Shown piece by piece: positions 24,002-35,963 of a stretch of 64,000 nt of DNA. A program made the translations under genes and the position numbers. The stretch is from the NCBI GenBank assembly GCA_043228905.1, contig JBHGNT010000017.1:8804001-8868000 (forward strand). Reading direction: 5' to 3'. This DNA comes from Azolla caroliniana. Its lineage: Eukaryota; Plantae; Polypodiophyta. Within the stretch, counting starts at the first letter, position 1. Every line of letters starts with the position of its first letter. Under the pieces are notes generated by a model. The model was not told the origin of the DNA, did no database searches, and was given only the letters and a program-made list of their open reading frames with translations.

Positions 24002-26745
24002 CGGTTTTGCCTGTTCTTCTTGGTTGGTTTTTCTTCCAAGCTATGTCAGCTACAAAGGTTCTCAACCCTCGCACTCTGATACCATGAAAAGAATTGCGTG
24101 CGGAAGCAATATAAAAAACTGAACAACAGAAAATGTAGGTTGAATGGAAAGCTTAGGTTTGCATAGTACGCACGGGAGAGACACACAGAGAGAGTAAACA
24201 CAAGAATCTAATTCAAAAATAATACTTAATCTGTACATAGGATGTGCTCAGTGAGCACTTTTATACAAGCCCTGACAATCGAGCTGACACACGTACAGAT
24301 AGTACTTGACTGCTCATAAAGGAGCCTCGACTCTTACTCCCAAAACTATTCCTTACGAGGAATATCTTTGTAACGGCCTTTCGGTTTACGCACCGATACG
24401 GCCTTCCTACGCACCGGTTTGTGTACCGGTTTACGCATCCGTTTTCACACCGGTCCGGCCTAACCGATCGGTCCCAACCGATCCGGTCCTCGGCTTGCTC
24501 AGCCGATCCGACCGATGTTGAGTTTGTCTCTCAACAATTCTCCGTGTTAAACCTTCTAAGCACCTTTCTAATGTAATTGGATTGGGAGAACCGGTGAGCC
24601 TTCATCATCCAATTTCACTTGATCCTCATGCCCAAGATATGTTAGGCTTGTCCGAGTTCCCTCATCGAGAATTTATCGTGAAAGCTCTGTTTTAATCTTC
24701 CTATTTCTGCTTGATTGTTGCTTGCAATTAGTATATCGTCAACATATAGGGTTAGGTAGATCCGGGACTTGTTAGCCAATTGTTGGATGTACATGCATGG
24801 GTCAGAGTCCGACCAGTTGTAACCGAGCTACCAGATGTAGGTATCAAACTTTTGATACCACATTCTTGGTGCTTGCTTGAGGCCATATAGGTTCTTCTTT
24901 AGCTTGCAAATGAGATGACCTTACTCCCCCATCACCGTGAACCCTACTAGTGGAGACATGTTAATGTCTTCGTCAAGATCTTTGTGTAGGAAGGCTGTTT
25001 TGACGTCTAACTGTTCCAGCTCCAGGTCTTCCATCGCCATGAACTTGAAAAGGAGCTGAAGGGTGGTCATTTTGACTACGAACGAGAAGATCTCGTTGTA
25101 ATCAACCGCATGTTCCTGTTTGAAACCTTTGGTGACGAACCAAGCTTTGTACTTGGGTCGTTCTGAACTAGATACATATTTGTATCGGTAGACCCATTTG
25201 CATGGTAATGTCTTTTGTTGAACTGGTAGTTCAATCAGCTCCGAGGTTTTGTTCGCCTGTATCGAGTCCATCTTGGATATCATCGCTTCAAACCATGTGT
25301 CGGTGTTCTGTGCAGCAATAGCTTCTTCATATGAGCTAGGTTCGTTTAAATTAGTGTACTTGACGTAGTCGAGCCCGGTTGGTAAAACTTTGCCAGCCTT
25401 CGGACTTGTCCCGATCTCCTAGGTGCCGATTTTGTCAATTCGGAATCTTTGATTGGTTCTGGTGTCCAATCTTCATTAGTTGAACCATTTCAGGGGTCCT
25501 TTGGGATGACTCGCACCTAAAATAGGATTTCAACGATGTCGAATGATCCTCCCCTTCTTCGAGATCGATTGACAAATGGGTTGGTGCCTTGGTCGGTTCA
25601 ACCCGATTTGGTCTTCTCTATTTTGAGTCTGCCCTTTTCAGTTTTGCCTTGGTCGAATGATTCGGCTCTTGCCGATCATCGCCCTTTGGCTTTATCAACT
25701 CTTGATGATTTTCCCTCTTTTGCCCTTGTAAATGAATACGTGCGGAAGGTTAACAGACACAACTGGGTAACAAAAGACAAAAGACAAGAGACAAGGAAGG
25801 TTTAATGGAAATCTTAATCAAAACAACGTTGTCGTAGTGTAATTCGCACACTACGTGAAAATTGCATTTTTGTCCCTCCGGATAGGACAAGGAGGAATCA
25901 GCAGGGAGGAACCGGTAAGGAGGACCCAGTAAGGAGAACCGGTGAGACCGGATGAAGGAGGGACCGACAAGGAGGACTTGGTAAGGAGACCCGGTAAGAA
26001 CCGGATCAAGTAGAATTGGCAAGAGCCGGATAAAGAAGGCCGGTGACAATCTCTTACCGGATGAAGAGCCAAATTTGTAAATAGAAAAAAGATTGTTACG
26101 TGCATAGGGCAAGATTTGAACCCTATACCTCCACATAGACAAACCCTAACCTTAGCATTGTACTAACTTATCCTAAGTGTTCTAAATATAGATTTAAATT
26201 ATTTTTTTTAAGACCTTTACTTATGCCTACCTTTATTAAAAGGTAAGTCATGCATTTTTAGAATGCGTGAATACTTTATTTATAAGAAAAATGTAAACCA
26301 ATAAAAAATTACTCGTGCACATCTAGCGAGCATGAGCACTATATTTAGGAAATAAAAGAATAGTGTAAAAAGAAACTCATGCACATTTAGTGTGCATGAA
26401 CACCTTAGAAAAAGCATGAAGCTATGCTTAGCCTCTTCCATCCTTATATAAGGAGGAGAGAAAGATGTACGATCTTGTTGATTTTCTTACAAGGATTGAT
26501 CAATCTAATATATTCGTGGGATTCATGAGTTTATCATCAAAATTCTCTTTCTTACAATCTAAATATTGATGTAATACACTAAACACGTGGGATTCACAAA
26601 TTTTATTTCTTGCTTCTCTTTCTACCTATTCATAACTAGCCTTATATTGTATTCTTCTTTCTCCTAGTCCAAAACCTCAGTGGTTCCCACCTGACTCACG
26701 CAATGATCCGGAGTCGAAAGGCACGACACAAGTGGTGAACCCGAC

Positions 26746-28621
26746 GTGAAACCGGGTGGCAAGGAGATGGAAAATCAACCAGGGGCTAACAACATGATGG
26801 CGATGTTTGAGCGGATGCTACAAGAACAACGCGCGATGTCGGAGATTGCGGTGGCAGTAGAGCAGCTCGTGCAACGGAACGGGAAATTGAACGGGAAAGA
26901 CGTGTCGCGATATATGCGAGATTACAAGGTGGAAATGCTACGGTGCGGGATTTCGGAAGGACTGCAAGTGACATCCTTCAACCGGGTGGCGACCGATGGG
27001 CTTCAAGGGAGTATCCACGGGATATGGCAGCAATATCCGATGTGGGAGGCATTTGAAGAGGCGCTAAAGACCATGTTCGCCATCGAGGACTCCTCCAAGG
27101 CAACGAGGAGGGGATTCGAAGATTGGGTGGAAACACCGGAAAAGGGGATGAAGGTCCTTGATATGTTTTCGTCATTCGAAAGTCGGTTCGGGAGGTTGTC
27201 TGCGAGAGATCAAGCTATCCTCACACCGGACAAAGTGATCATGTTCCTAAGAGCCGTGGACATTCGGGACCGGAAAGATCTTGGAGTTCTTTTGGAGGAC
27301 ACGACCACAGAGAGTGGCCTCACCGAAACATGGGAAAGCGTGCAGGATATCATCGCACGATACACGAAGAGGGGGCAATGGCTTGTTAGCGAAGAAAAGA
27401 GGGTTTCAGAACCGATTCCGAAACCGAGATCCGGATTGGAAGACCATCAATTGAGGGCTCGGAAGACTACGACTGAGAAGGGAATCGATGCAACCACGGT
27501 GGAGCAGTTGCTGAAAGAAATGGAGAATCTGAAATGGAGCAGTTGCTGAAAGAAATCGGGATGGTAAAGACGTCGGATGACCACCGAACATGATCGGAGG
27601 GATGCGACGAGCACAAGGAGGCGTTACGACGGGATCTTATCTACTACGAGGGAAATCGGATCCATTCGATGGACTCTCGGAAGCCAGTCCGACCGAACTT
27701 TTGGAAAGGCGGCATGAAGAAGGTCCTCGAGGAGGAAATAGCGACAAAAAGTGATTATGCGACAACTGCGGGAATACGTGTCGGGGAGTCATCGGGAGCA
27801 AAGGCGTCTTTTTGGCCGGAAGTGCTAGAAAACCCCGAGAAAACCGATTCCAATGATATCCTAGGCACCGCAGAAGGCATCCGAGAAGCTATAGGATGGG
27901 AGTGTCCCATTGATAAGAATAGTGTACATGTGCCAATTGCATGAGGTGTATGTAGACGAGAAACAACGGTGCACGGATGATGCGACTAGACCATCAAAGA
28001 CACCAGAAAGCTAGAACTTTGGAGGGAAGGGGAAAGAAAAGACGATTTCGACATTCAAACTCGCCTCAGACATCGAACAACAAACGGACTTGAAAAAAGT
28101 GTTTGAGGAGAGAATCCTCGAGAGCCGAGTGGAATTTTCGCTTCGGGAATTACTCAGAATAGCGAAGAAGTAGTTCCATGATCTTCTTGTGGATCTTGTT
28201 AAGAGAAAGAGACAAAGGACGGAGGAGAACACTCCAAGGGTAAATGCGAACACGGTTTTAATGAATGACACCGAAGTGGAGGACGAAATTCCGAACTCCC
28301 ACTACACAAGGCCACACTGGGCACGTGCAACTACGGAGACTCCGGTCCGAATCGGCAACATCAAAGAGCCCGTGCTAGCATTGATTGATCACGGATTGGA
28401 GATCAATTTGATGTCCAAGGAATTCTACCAGAAGGGGAAGTGGCTTGTAAACAGTAACCATGGATGGAAGATCCGGGCAACCACTAAAGGAACAAAATAT
28501 CTATTTGTGGCTTGTCCGGATCGAACAGTGAAGATTGGGGATGTCGAGATCGACCAAAATTTCTTCGTACAAGAGGAGGTCTCACATTCCGTGATCCTTG
28601 GGCAATCCTTTATCACGGCTT
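26746..28621 (+). pseudogene. gag: gag and aspartic protease remnant
   Basis: ORFs 26746..27549 and 28189..28644 are homologous to 48554-49790 on the minus strand. Confidence 0.85.
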
Positions 28622-29011
28622 TGTTGTCTGCCTGGCCGGACTAGCCTCAACACAGGTGTCTATCCGACACTTCTCCAAAGGGGTGGTAAGGATTGGATGC
28701 TAGGTTACACGCGTAAGATGATTACAATTAAGCACCGACAGCAAACAATACGAAGATACAGATAAACACGCAATAATTACTTTTGTATTACTTCCGTCCC
28801 ACCCTTTACAATTCATCGGATCCTTTTATAGGCATCCGGCAAGGTTACAATCGGTGCGCTTAGGCAACCGACATCCGAATCGGTCTGGATCCGGATTGGT
28901 ACAACTGTATCGGATCCGTCCCTCCGAATAATAATTCTACTATTATTTACTTCCTATTATCCGATCCGACTCCGCCTTCCCACTTGTCCTTGCTCTTCTG
29001 ACCGGCCAACA

Positions 29012-31670
29012 CATGGCACGCCCGTGGGAAAGTGCCTTGCACTTCGAATCCACTCCCGGCCTCATTCTTCCTCCAAAATATCGAGCACACTCTGCTCGAT
29101 GGTGTCAAGTGGTGCTTCTTCCTCCTGTTCCTTGCCTGCCTGGTCTTCGACCTCCGGTTGGGTTGGCTGTTCCGTAAAAATTTGCTGCTCCGGCTCTGCT
29201 TGATTCTGTGGTGCCGGTGCTTCCTCGTCGCTTCGTCCGGGTTCTTCCTGTTCTCCCTCTGTTCCAGGCTCTGTTCTGTTACCAGTGTCGCTTTCTCCGG
29301 TCTCGACTGGTCGGCTCGGTACGCCTTCTTACTCTGCTCTGGTGTCTTCCGGTCTCAGCTCTTCTTCTTCTCCGGCATCGGTCTGCTCCTGCTCTTCTTC
29401 TTCTCCTTCGAACGGAAGTTCTTCTTCGGGTATTCCTCGTCGGGGTTGTTCGGTGTCGGTTGGTTCAACTTCAGCCGGTCGCTCTCCCTCACTTATAGTG
29501 ATTGGCGTCGTTCTTTCCTTGGCTTCCTGTCGTACCCGGTCCTGCTCCTATTTCTCCAACTCCAACTGAGTTGCGAGCTGCCCGTCATCCAACCTCTCTA
29601 CCAACCCTCGGATTTCTTTGAGATGTTCTTCCGCTAAAGTGTAGAAATCCTCCGACAATTCTTCCCGAATGGCGACGATACTTTCTTCATCCATCTTGTA
29701 GAACTTGTCACCGGTCTTCCTCCGATTCTCGGCATCCGCTCGGAGTGTCTGCAGCTCGGCTGCCTGTTGTGACCACTCCTTCCATAGCTTTTCCGTACTT
29801 TCGTTGATGCTTGCCTGAGCTCGGGTACTCCAACCTGACATGATGAGCTTGATCCGGTCCACCCCCGCCTTAGCATGCGCATAAGCTTCTTGCTTTTCCT
29901 TCCTTGCCCGTTTTATAATGTCGGCCATTATCTGAGCTTGGGCCTCGTAATCCGCTTTCTGCTTTTCATAGGTACTTTGCAGTTTGCTGATCGTGAAGGT
30001 CGATCTTTCCTTTTCTTCATTCCCGATCTTGGTCAGATCCAGCTTTTCCCGCCTTAGCGCCTCTAATTCCTTCCTTCTCTCCGTCGCTTGGGTTATTTCC
30101 GCCAACAATGCTTCCTTTTTGGCACTGACCTCATCCATTGCCTTAGCCAGGTCTAATTGGGTCTCTTTGAGCTGTTCTTTCAGCTTCTCTATTTCCCGGT
30201 CGTAGTCTGCTGCCCGTTTCTTGTTGTCCGACTCGGCCTGCTTGTGATCTCGGTAGAGACGGTCGAAGTCCTCCGTCTTCTGCTTGAGGCGTCGGTTTGC
30301 CTGAGCTCTTAACTGGTTGTCCCGGTCCTTCTGTTGTCGGAGTTCTTCCTGCAGTCGTTCTATCTCCTGCTCGGCATGTCGACGCAGTCGGTCCTTCTCC
30401 TTTTGCAGCTTCTCTTTTTCTTCTTGCAGTCGGCTGTTGTTGTATGCGTCAGCTGTTGCCTACACGTTTCTTCTTCCTCTAACTGGTCCGCTACTCCCGA
30501 TAATTGCTCCGAAAGCCATCTCAGCCATTGTGGCTTTGTGCTTCCTATGTCGGGGTGGCCTTGCTCACTTCTACTCCTTAACTCAGTCTGTTTTTCCGGC
30601 CTTTTTTTTGGCTCCGGCGCTTGTTCATTCTTCTTCTCTGGGATGACCGGTTCTCTGAAGTCCGGCCTAACCGGTGTCGGTGCTGCTTCCCTCGGTACGG
30701 GTTCCGGTACTGCTTCCGCCTCGGCTATTGGAGGTGGTCTTTGCGCCCTCTGCTGAGTTTTGTCAACTGGTGGAGCCGGTCCTTTCGCCTGTCTCTCCCG
30801 ACCTTGTCTTGCTGGGAGTCTTACCAGTGGTTCGGATGAGTCTTCTGTTTCAGCTTCCTCCTCCGGTGCGGCTACCAAACGGACCTTTTGTATAAAGACT
30901 TCTGGTTCCGGTTCCGGCTGTCGCAGCGTTATATTGATTGGTTTGAGCGCTACCGGTTCCTCCTCGGCCGATTTCCCTTTGCCTTTTCCTGCCGGTTTTG
31001 CCTTTGTTGCCGGTTCCTGTTGCTGTCGGGATGGTCCTTCCCCCCGCTGTTCTGCTTCTTGCTGGGTCCATCCGGGGGTGTGTTTCTCCAGGATCTGTCG
31101 GCGCTTTGTGACCTTTTTTGGCATCGTCTCCTGCCGACCTCTTTTCTTTTGTGTGATGGGGAGCACTGGTGGGACTAACACCGTTAGCCATTGTGCTATC
31201 CCGGCCCATGTCTTTTTTCCTTCCACAAGATTCTTGATGGCCTCCTTCAATCCTTCAGTTATGAAATGGAGCCAGTCTACTTGTAATCCTTCATACGCTG
31301 CTATTAAGAACGCTGCCCGGTACCTGGCTATGGCCGGGGGACGAGGATTCACGAATCCGTATTCCATCATGGCGCGGGCCACTTCTCCGAACAACAGGTT
31401 CTCTCCGCCCTGTGTTCGGTACGCCTTGCTGCTGATAGAATACTCACCGAAATATTCGAACAGGATTTCACTTGAAGGGTTTTCGATTGTTTGAAGCCCT
31501 CCTGCTTTTATCCCCGTGAGCGCCTGCATCGCTCCTTCCGTGATTTCTGATAAATCAATCGATGCTGTCGCCTGCTCTGGTTCTGCGTGTGGTGGAGCGT
31601 CGGCGATCCTCAACAATCCTTTTAACCCGTTCTCCCTCATCCATTGGCGTGCCTCCTCCGACAGTACCAT
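29012..31670 (-). pseudogene. Large accessory ORF3 (globular N-terminal domain, P/E-rich linker, coiled coil, acidic tail); function unknown
   Basis: ORFs 30360..31934 and 29548..30138 are joined by an apparent frameshift. Homologues occur at 4-478, 54327-55660, 57515-59000 and 61830-64000. Confidence 0.8.
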
Positions 31671-32136
31671 TGTTTCGAATTCTTCTTCTGCTGTCTGTTG
31701 TTCGGGATCGGGCTGTGTGTGCGTTGTGCGTCGGATCGCTCTTCTGTGCTTCTGCGCCTGTGTGTAGGAAAATTCGTAAAAAGTAAGTCCTTCGCAGGCC
31801 TGTGTCTTATATAGTAGCTTTTGCCTCGAGCCGCCCTTTTTCGTTTCCCGCGCATGTTCCTCTCCCACCATAATTAGTATGTCCTTTCTTGCTTGCCGCG
31901 TGTGAGTGCCCACGTTCCATGCTTTAAATAGCAAGTACGCGCACGTCCTTCTTTAATGCATGGCGCCTCTTCGTTGCATGGTGGCGCTCCCACCTCTTGT
32001 GATCTCCCCATCACTACTATGATTCGCGCCGATTTGGCCCACGTCATTTTTATTTTTATTTTTATTTTATTTTATTTTATTTTTCTTCTTTCTTTCTTTT
32101 TTTTATTTTTATTTTTTTCTCTTTGTTTGGACCACG

Positions 32137-35100
32137 TCATTTTCTGGTCCCCCCCGATTTGTTCGGGTCGGTTCCCGTTGATACCGGATCCTTCTGTCGG
32201 TTTTCCGGGATAGTCTTTGTCAGTATCGGTGTCGGTTCTTCCTCGGTCCGAATATCTTCAGCAGCGTCTGTCGGTGTCGGTTCCACATCTTGCCGGATTT
32301 CCGGGTTTTGCTTGAACGGGTTGGCTGGCAAATTTCCCTTATACGGCTTTAGCCGAAACCCATTTGCCCACTTGCCGATGACATCTCCAGACAACGTGCC
32401 GAGCTGATACGACCCATTGTACTCCTTGGTGATCCAGAACGGTCCGGTCCACCGAAACCGCAACTTTCCTGGCATATTCCCCATCCGTGTCTGGAATAGT
32501 AGCACCGGTTTCCCGACTTCGAACTCCTTTTCGTTGCCACACTGGTGTCGGTCCACGCTTTTCTCCTCCTTTGCTCCAGTTCGAGTTGTAGTAAGCTGGC
32601 TATTCGGTTTTCTTCTAATTCCAACAACGTCGCCAGCCGGATTCGTTCGGACTCCTTCTCACTTAAGCACTCCTTTACCTGAATCCGTAAGCTGGGGATC
32701 TGGAACTCTACCGGCATGACCGCTTCTAAACCGAATGCTAGTCGGAACGGGGTTGTCCGGATGCTGGTTTTGTACGTTGTTCGGTACGCCCATAGCGCGC
32801 TTTGCAATTTCGTATCCCAGTCGGTCCCGTTCTCGTTGACAATTTTTCGTAGGATGTTCTGTAGAGTTTTGTTCGTTGATTCCGCTAGTCCATTGGCTTG
32901 AGGGTAGTAGGGAGTACTCCTTTTATGTACCACCGCGTAAAATGACGTCAGCCTTTCTACTACCTGCCCGAGAAAATGTCCTCCTTGGTCACTTATAAGC
33001 TCGATCGGGCATCCATACCGGCACCATATGCACTCGTACAGGAACTTTGCCGTGGACGCGGCCGTGTTGTCCCGTAAGGCCTTTGCTTCTACCCATTTGG
33101 TGCAATAGTCGGTCGCCAGTATGACATACCGATTTCCGGTTCGCATTGCCGGTGGCTTGAAGGGACCGACAAAGTCCAAACCCCACTTTTGAAACAGTTC
33201 CAATGGCAAGACCGGGTGGTGTGGCATCCGGGCCTGCTCCGTGGGTTGGCCCGATCGTTGACACAAATCGCATTCTCTGTTATACTTCACGACATCTTTT
33301 TGGGTGGTGGGCCACCACAGTCCGGTCTGCCATATTTTCCGAGCGGTTGTGTCGCCGGCATAATGCCCGCCGGCAATTCCACAGTGGGCTTCCCTGAGGA
33401 TTAAATCTTTCTCATCACTCCGCACTGCTCGTCTCCAGATGCCATCTGCCCCCTTGTGATAGAGGGTGTCTCCAACCAAGCAGAAATGTCTGCTTCTTAC
33501 TGCTACCCTTTTCCTTTCATCGCGGTCCATGTTCTCCGGGGGTACTCCGGTGCTTAGGAACTGATGCATCTCAGTTCGCCACGTGTCTTCATCGGCTACC
33601 GTTGCATCCATTGCCGGTTTCGTCGTGATCCGGAACAACTCGGCATCGGGGAACTCATCCTGGACGCCGTCCCCTGCTTCTCCGGATTCGAGTCTGCTTA
33701 GGTAGTCCGCTACCGCATGCTGCGCCCCGGGTCGGTGGAAAATATCGAATTCAAATTCCTGTAACAGCAGTGTCCATTGTGCAATTTTTCCCGTCAGGGA
33801 TGCCTTCGAGACCAGGTAGAGTAGTGCCGAATGGTCGACATGGAAGGAAAACTTCCTTCCGAGCAGATAGTGCCTGTACTTTGTGACACTATACACCATT
33901 CCCAATGCCTCACGTTCCCTCGTAGAGTAATTCCGTTCGGCTTTTGAGAGTTTCCGGCTTGCGTAGTACACTGGTCGGTACCATTTCGGCTCCGTGAGTT
34001 GCATCAGAACGCTGCCGATTGCTACGTCCGACGCGTCGACGAAGACGTGAAAGCTTTTACTCCAATCCGGCGGTTGCACCACCGGAGCTTGCGACATCAT
34101 AACCTTCAACGCTTGGTAGGCTTCCTCCTCCGTCTCCGCCCATAGGAAGGGTACCCTGTGTACGACGGTATGTAATGGTGTAGCGAAGTCTGCGAGGTGC
34201 CGTATCATCCGGCTATGCCACCTTATTTGGCCCAGGAACCGGCTTAAAGCCTTTGCGTTATTTGGTGCTGGTGCCTCGAGAATCGCCTTGACTTTATCCG
34301 GATCTACCACGATTCCTTCCTTACTCACCACGTGCCCTAGTAAGTTGCCGCTTGCCACTCCAAAGACGCACTTGGCCGGGTTCAGGCTCAATCGGTACTC
34401 GCGGCACTTCTCCAAGCACAGTCGGAGGTGATCGAGATGCTCTCCATGCCGGCTGTAGACCGCGAAATCGTCAAGGAAGACCTGCATAAAACCGGGGATA
34501 TATTCCCCAAAAGTTTCCATTATTATCCTTTGAAAGGTCGTTGGAGCCGTCTTTAGTCCGAACATCATCACGACCGCGACGAACACTCCCCATTCCGTAA
34601 CGAACGCTGTCTTCTCCTGGTCGGCCGGGTTCATTCGTATTTGGTTGTAGCCGCTAAATCCATCCAAGAAGCTGTAAACTTCGTGGCCGGCTACCGCATC
34701 TAACACCCCGTCCGTAAATGGTAGTGGAAACGCATCGATCACTGTTGCGGCATTTAGTTTGCGATAGTCCACGCATACCCGGATTTTGCCGTTCTTTTTC
34801 GGGACCACCACTATCGGACTCAACCAGGTTGCCTGCTTGACCGGTCGGATAAATCCGACCCGGAGGAGCTTATCAATTTCCTCCTTCACCTTCGCCGCAT
34901 AATTCGGATTCATCCGGTACCTGCGTTGAGCGATCGGTTTCGCGTCCGTACTTAGGTGAATTTGGTGCTGATAGAGCTGGGGGTCCAGCCCTCGCATGTC
35001 TTCGTACGACCACGCGAACACATCCTTGAAGTCTGTTAATAATGCTACCATTCCCTTCTTTTCTTCCTTCGGCAATTCCTTTGCGACATTTATCGGCCGG

Positions 35101-35918
35101 GGCTTGTTTGTTGTGCCGAGGTCCACCTCCTCTAGTTGGGATGCTTTTACCCTCTGGGATATCGTCATTTCCCTCTCTAGGGATTCCTACGCTTGTCGCA
35201 GTTCCCGGATCGCCGCTTCGTCCGGTTCATCCGGCGTCGTAATGTACGGTTCTACTGCCGCCGTGATATCCACCTCAAATAGTGGGACGATTCGTGGGTG
35301 TTCCTCGAGGTACCGCTCGACTTCCTCGTCCGGTAATCCCTCCAACATGTTGATGCTTTCCGCATACAATGGAGTTGCTTCCTTACTGGCGATCACCCGT
35401 GGTTGTGTCGTTACTCGTACCTTTGTTTTCCCTCGCCGGAATGTGATCATGTTCTTTTGCCAGTTCTGCTTGATATGCGCCGTTCGCAGCCATGGTCGTC
35501 CTAGCAGTAGGGGGTACGCGCCTTGTACATTCAGCTGCAGCACCACGACCGATATCCGGAATACGTGGCCTCCGATCGTTACTTCCAAATCCCGGATAAG
35601 CCCGGTCGGTCGGACTGAGCTGGTATCCGCCATGCGTAACCAGAAGGGGCATGGTTCCCATTCCCGGATGCCTAGGTTATCGCATGTCTGTCGGCTGATG
35701 ACATTTACCCCGGAGCCTCCGTCAATAATCGTTCCAACAATTTCCTTTCCTTTCACGATTGCCGTGATCGCCGGGCTACTTGTATCGACCACCGCTAGTC
35801 CTTCTTCCGGATTGGAGAAGAATGCCGGTGCTGGCGTCGGCTTCGGTTTGCTCACGGATGCCTGTAAGTCTGCCGTAAACTGTGGCACCAACTGTAGTAG
35901 CCGTGCTAACGGCAGCAC
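32137..35918 (-). pseudogene. pol: pol: protease, RT, RNase H, integrase with GPY/F motif
   Basis: IIDGGSGVN, FLDGFSGYNQI, FLDDFAVY, FVDASD…EREAL…VDHSAL, H-H-C-C, WGLDFVGPF, LISDQG, PQANGLAE, WTGPFWI. One stop near 35187 and a frameshift near 32556. Confidence 0.96.
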
Positions 35919-35963
35919 GATTTGATAGTCCTGTAGCGCTTGCCACGTTGGGTTTTCTCCTGG

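Larger units (their letters stand above)
12991..24536 (-). mobile_element. Full-length degenerate Ty1/Copia element
   Basis: LTRs 12991-13436 (terminal bases lost) and 24085-24536. PBS TGGTATCAGAG ends at 24084. PPT TTGAGGGGGAG at 13437-13447. Domain order gag-PR-IN-RT-RH. Confidence 0.95.
11227..25730 (-). mobile_element. Old Ty1/Copia (3' LTR about 11227-11948; RNase H/RT about 12190-12990 and 24537-25330), host of the 12991-24536 insertion
   Basis: STSG…GAISWRSKLQEC…EAEYIATSEAAKEAIW and CKWVYRYK…LEQLDVKTAFLH. The RT continues across the nested Copia. LTR limits are approximate. Confidence 0.75.

Noticed and set aside
34996-35925. 309-aa plus-strand ORF and similar ORFs antisense to gag/pol/ORF3
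   Set aside because: They are antisense shadows of the coding frames, with no independent evidence.
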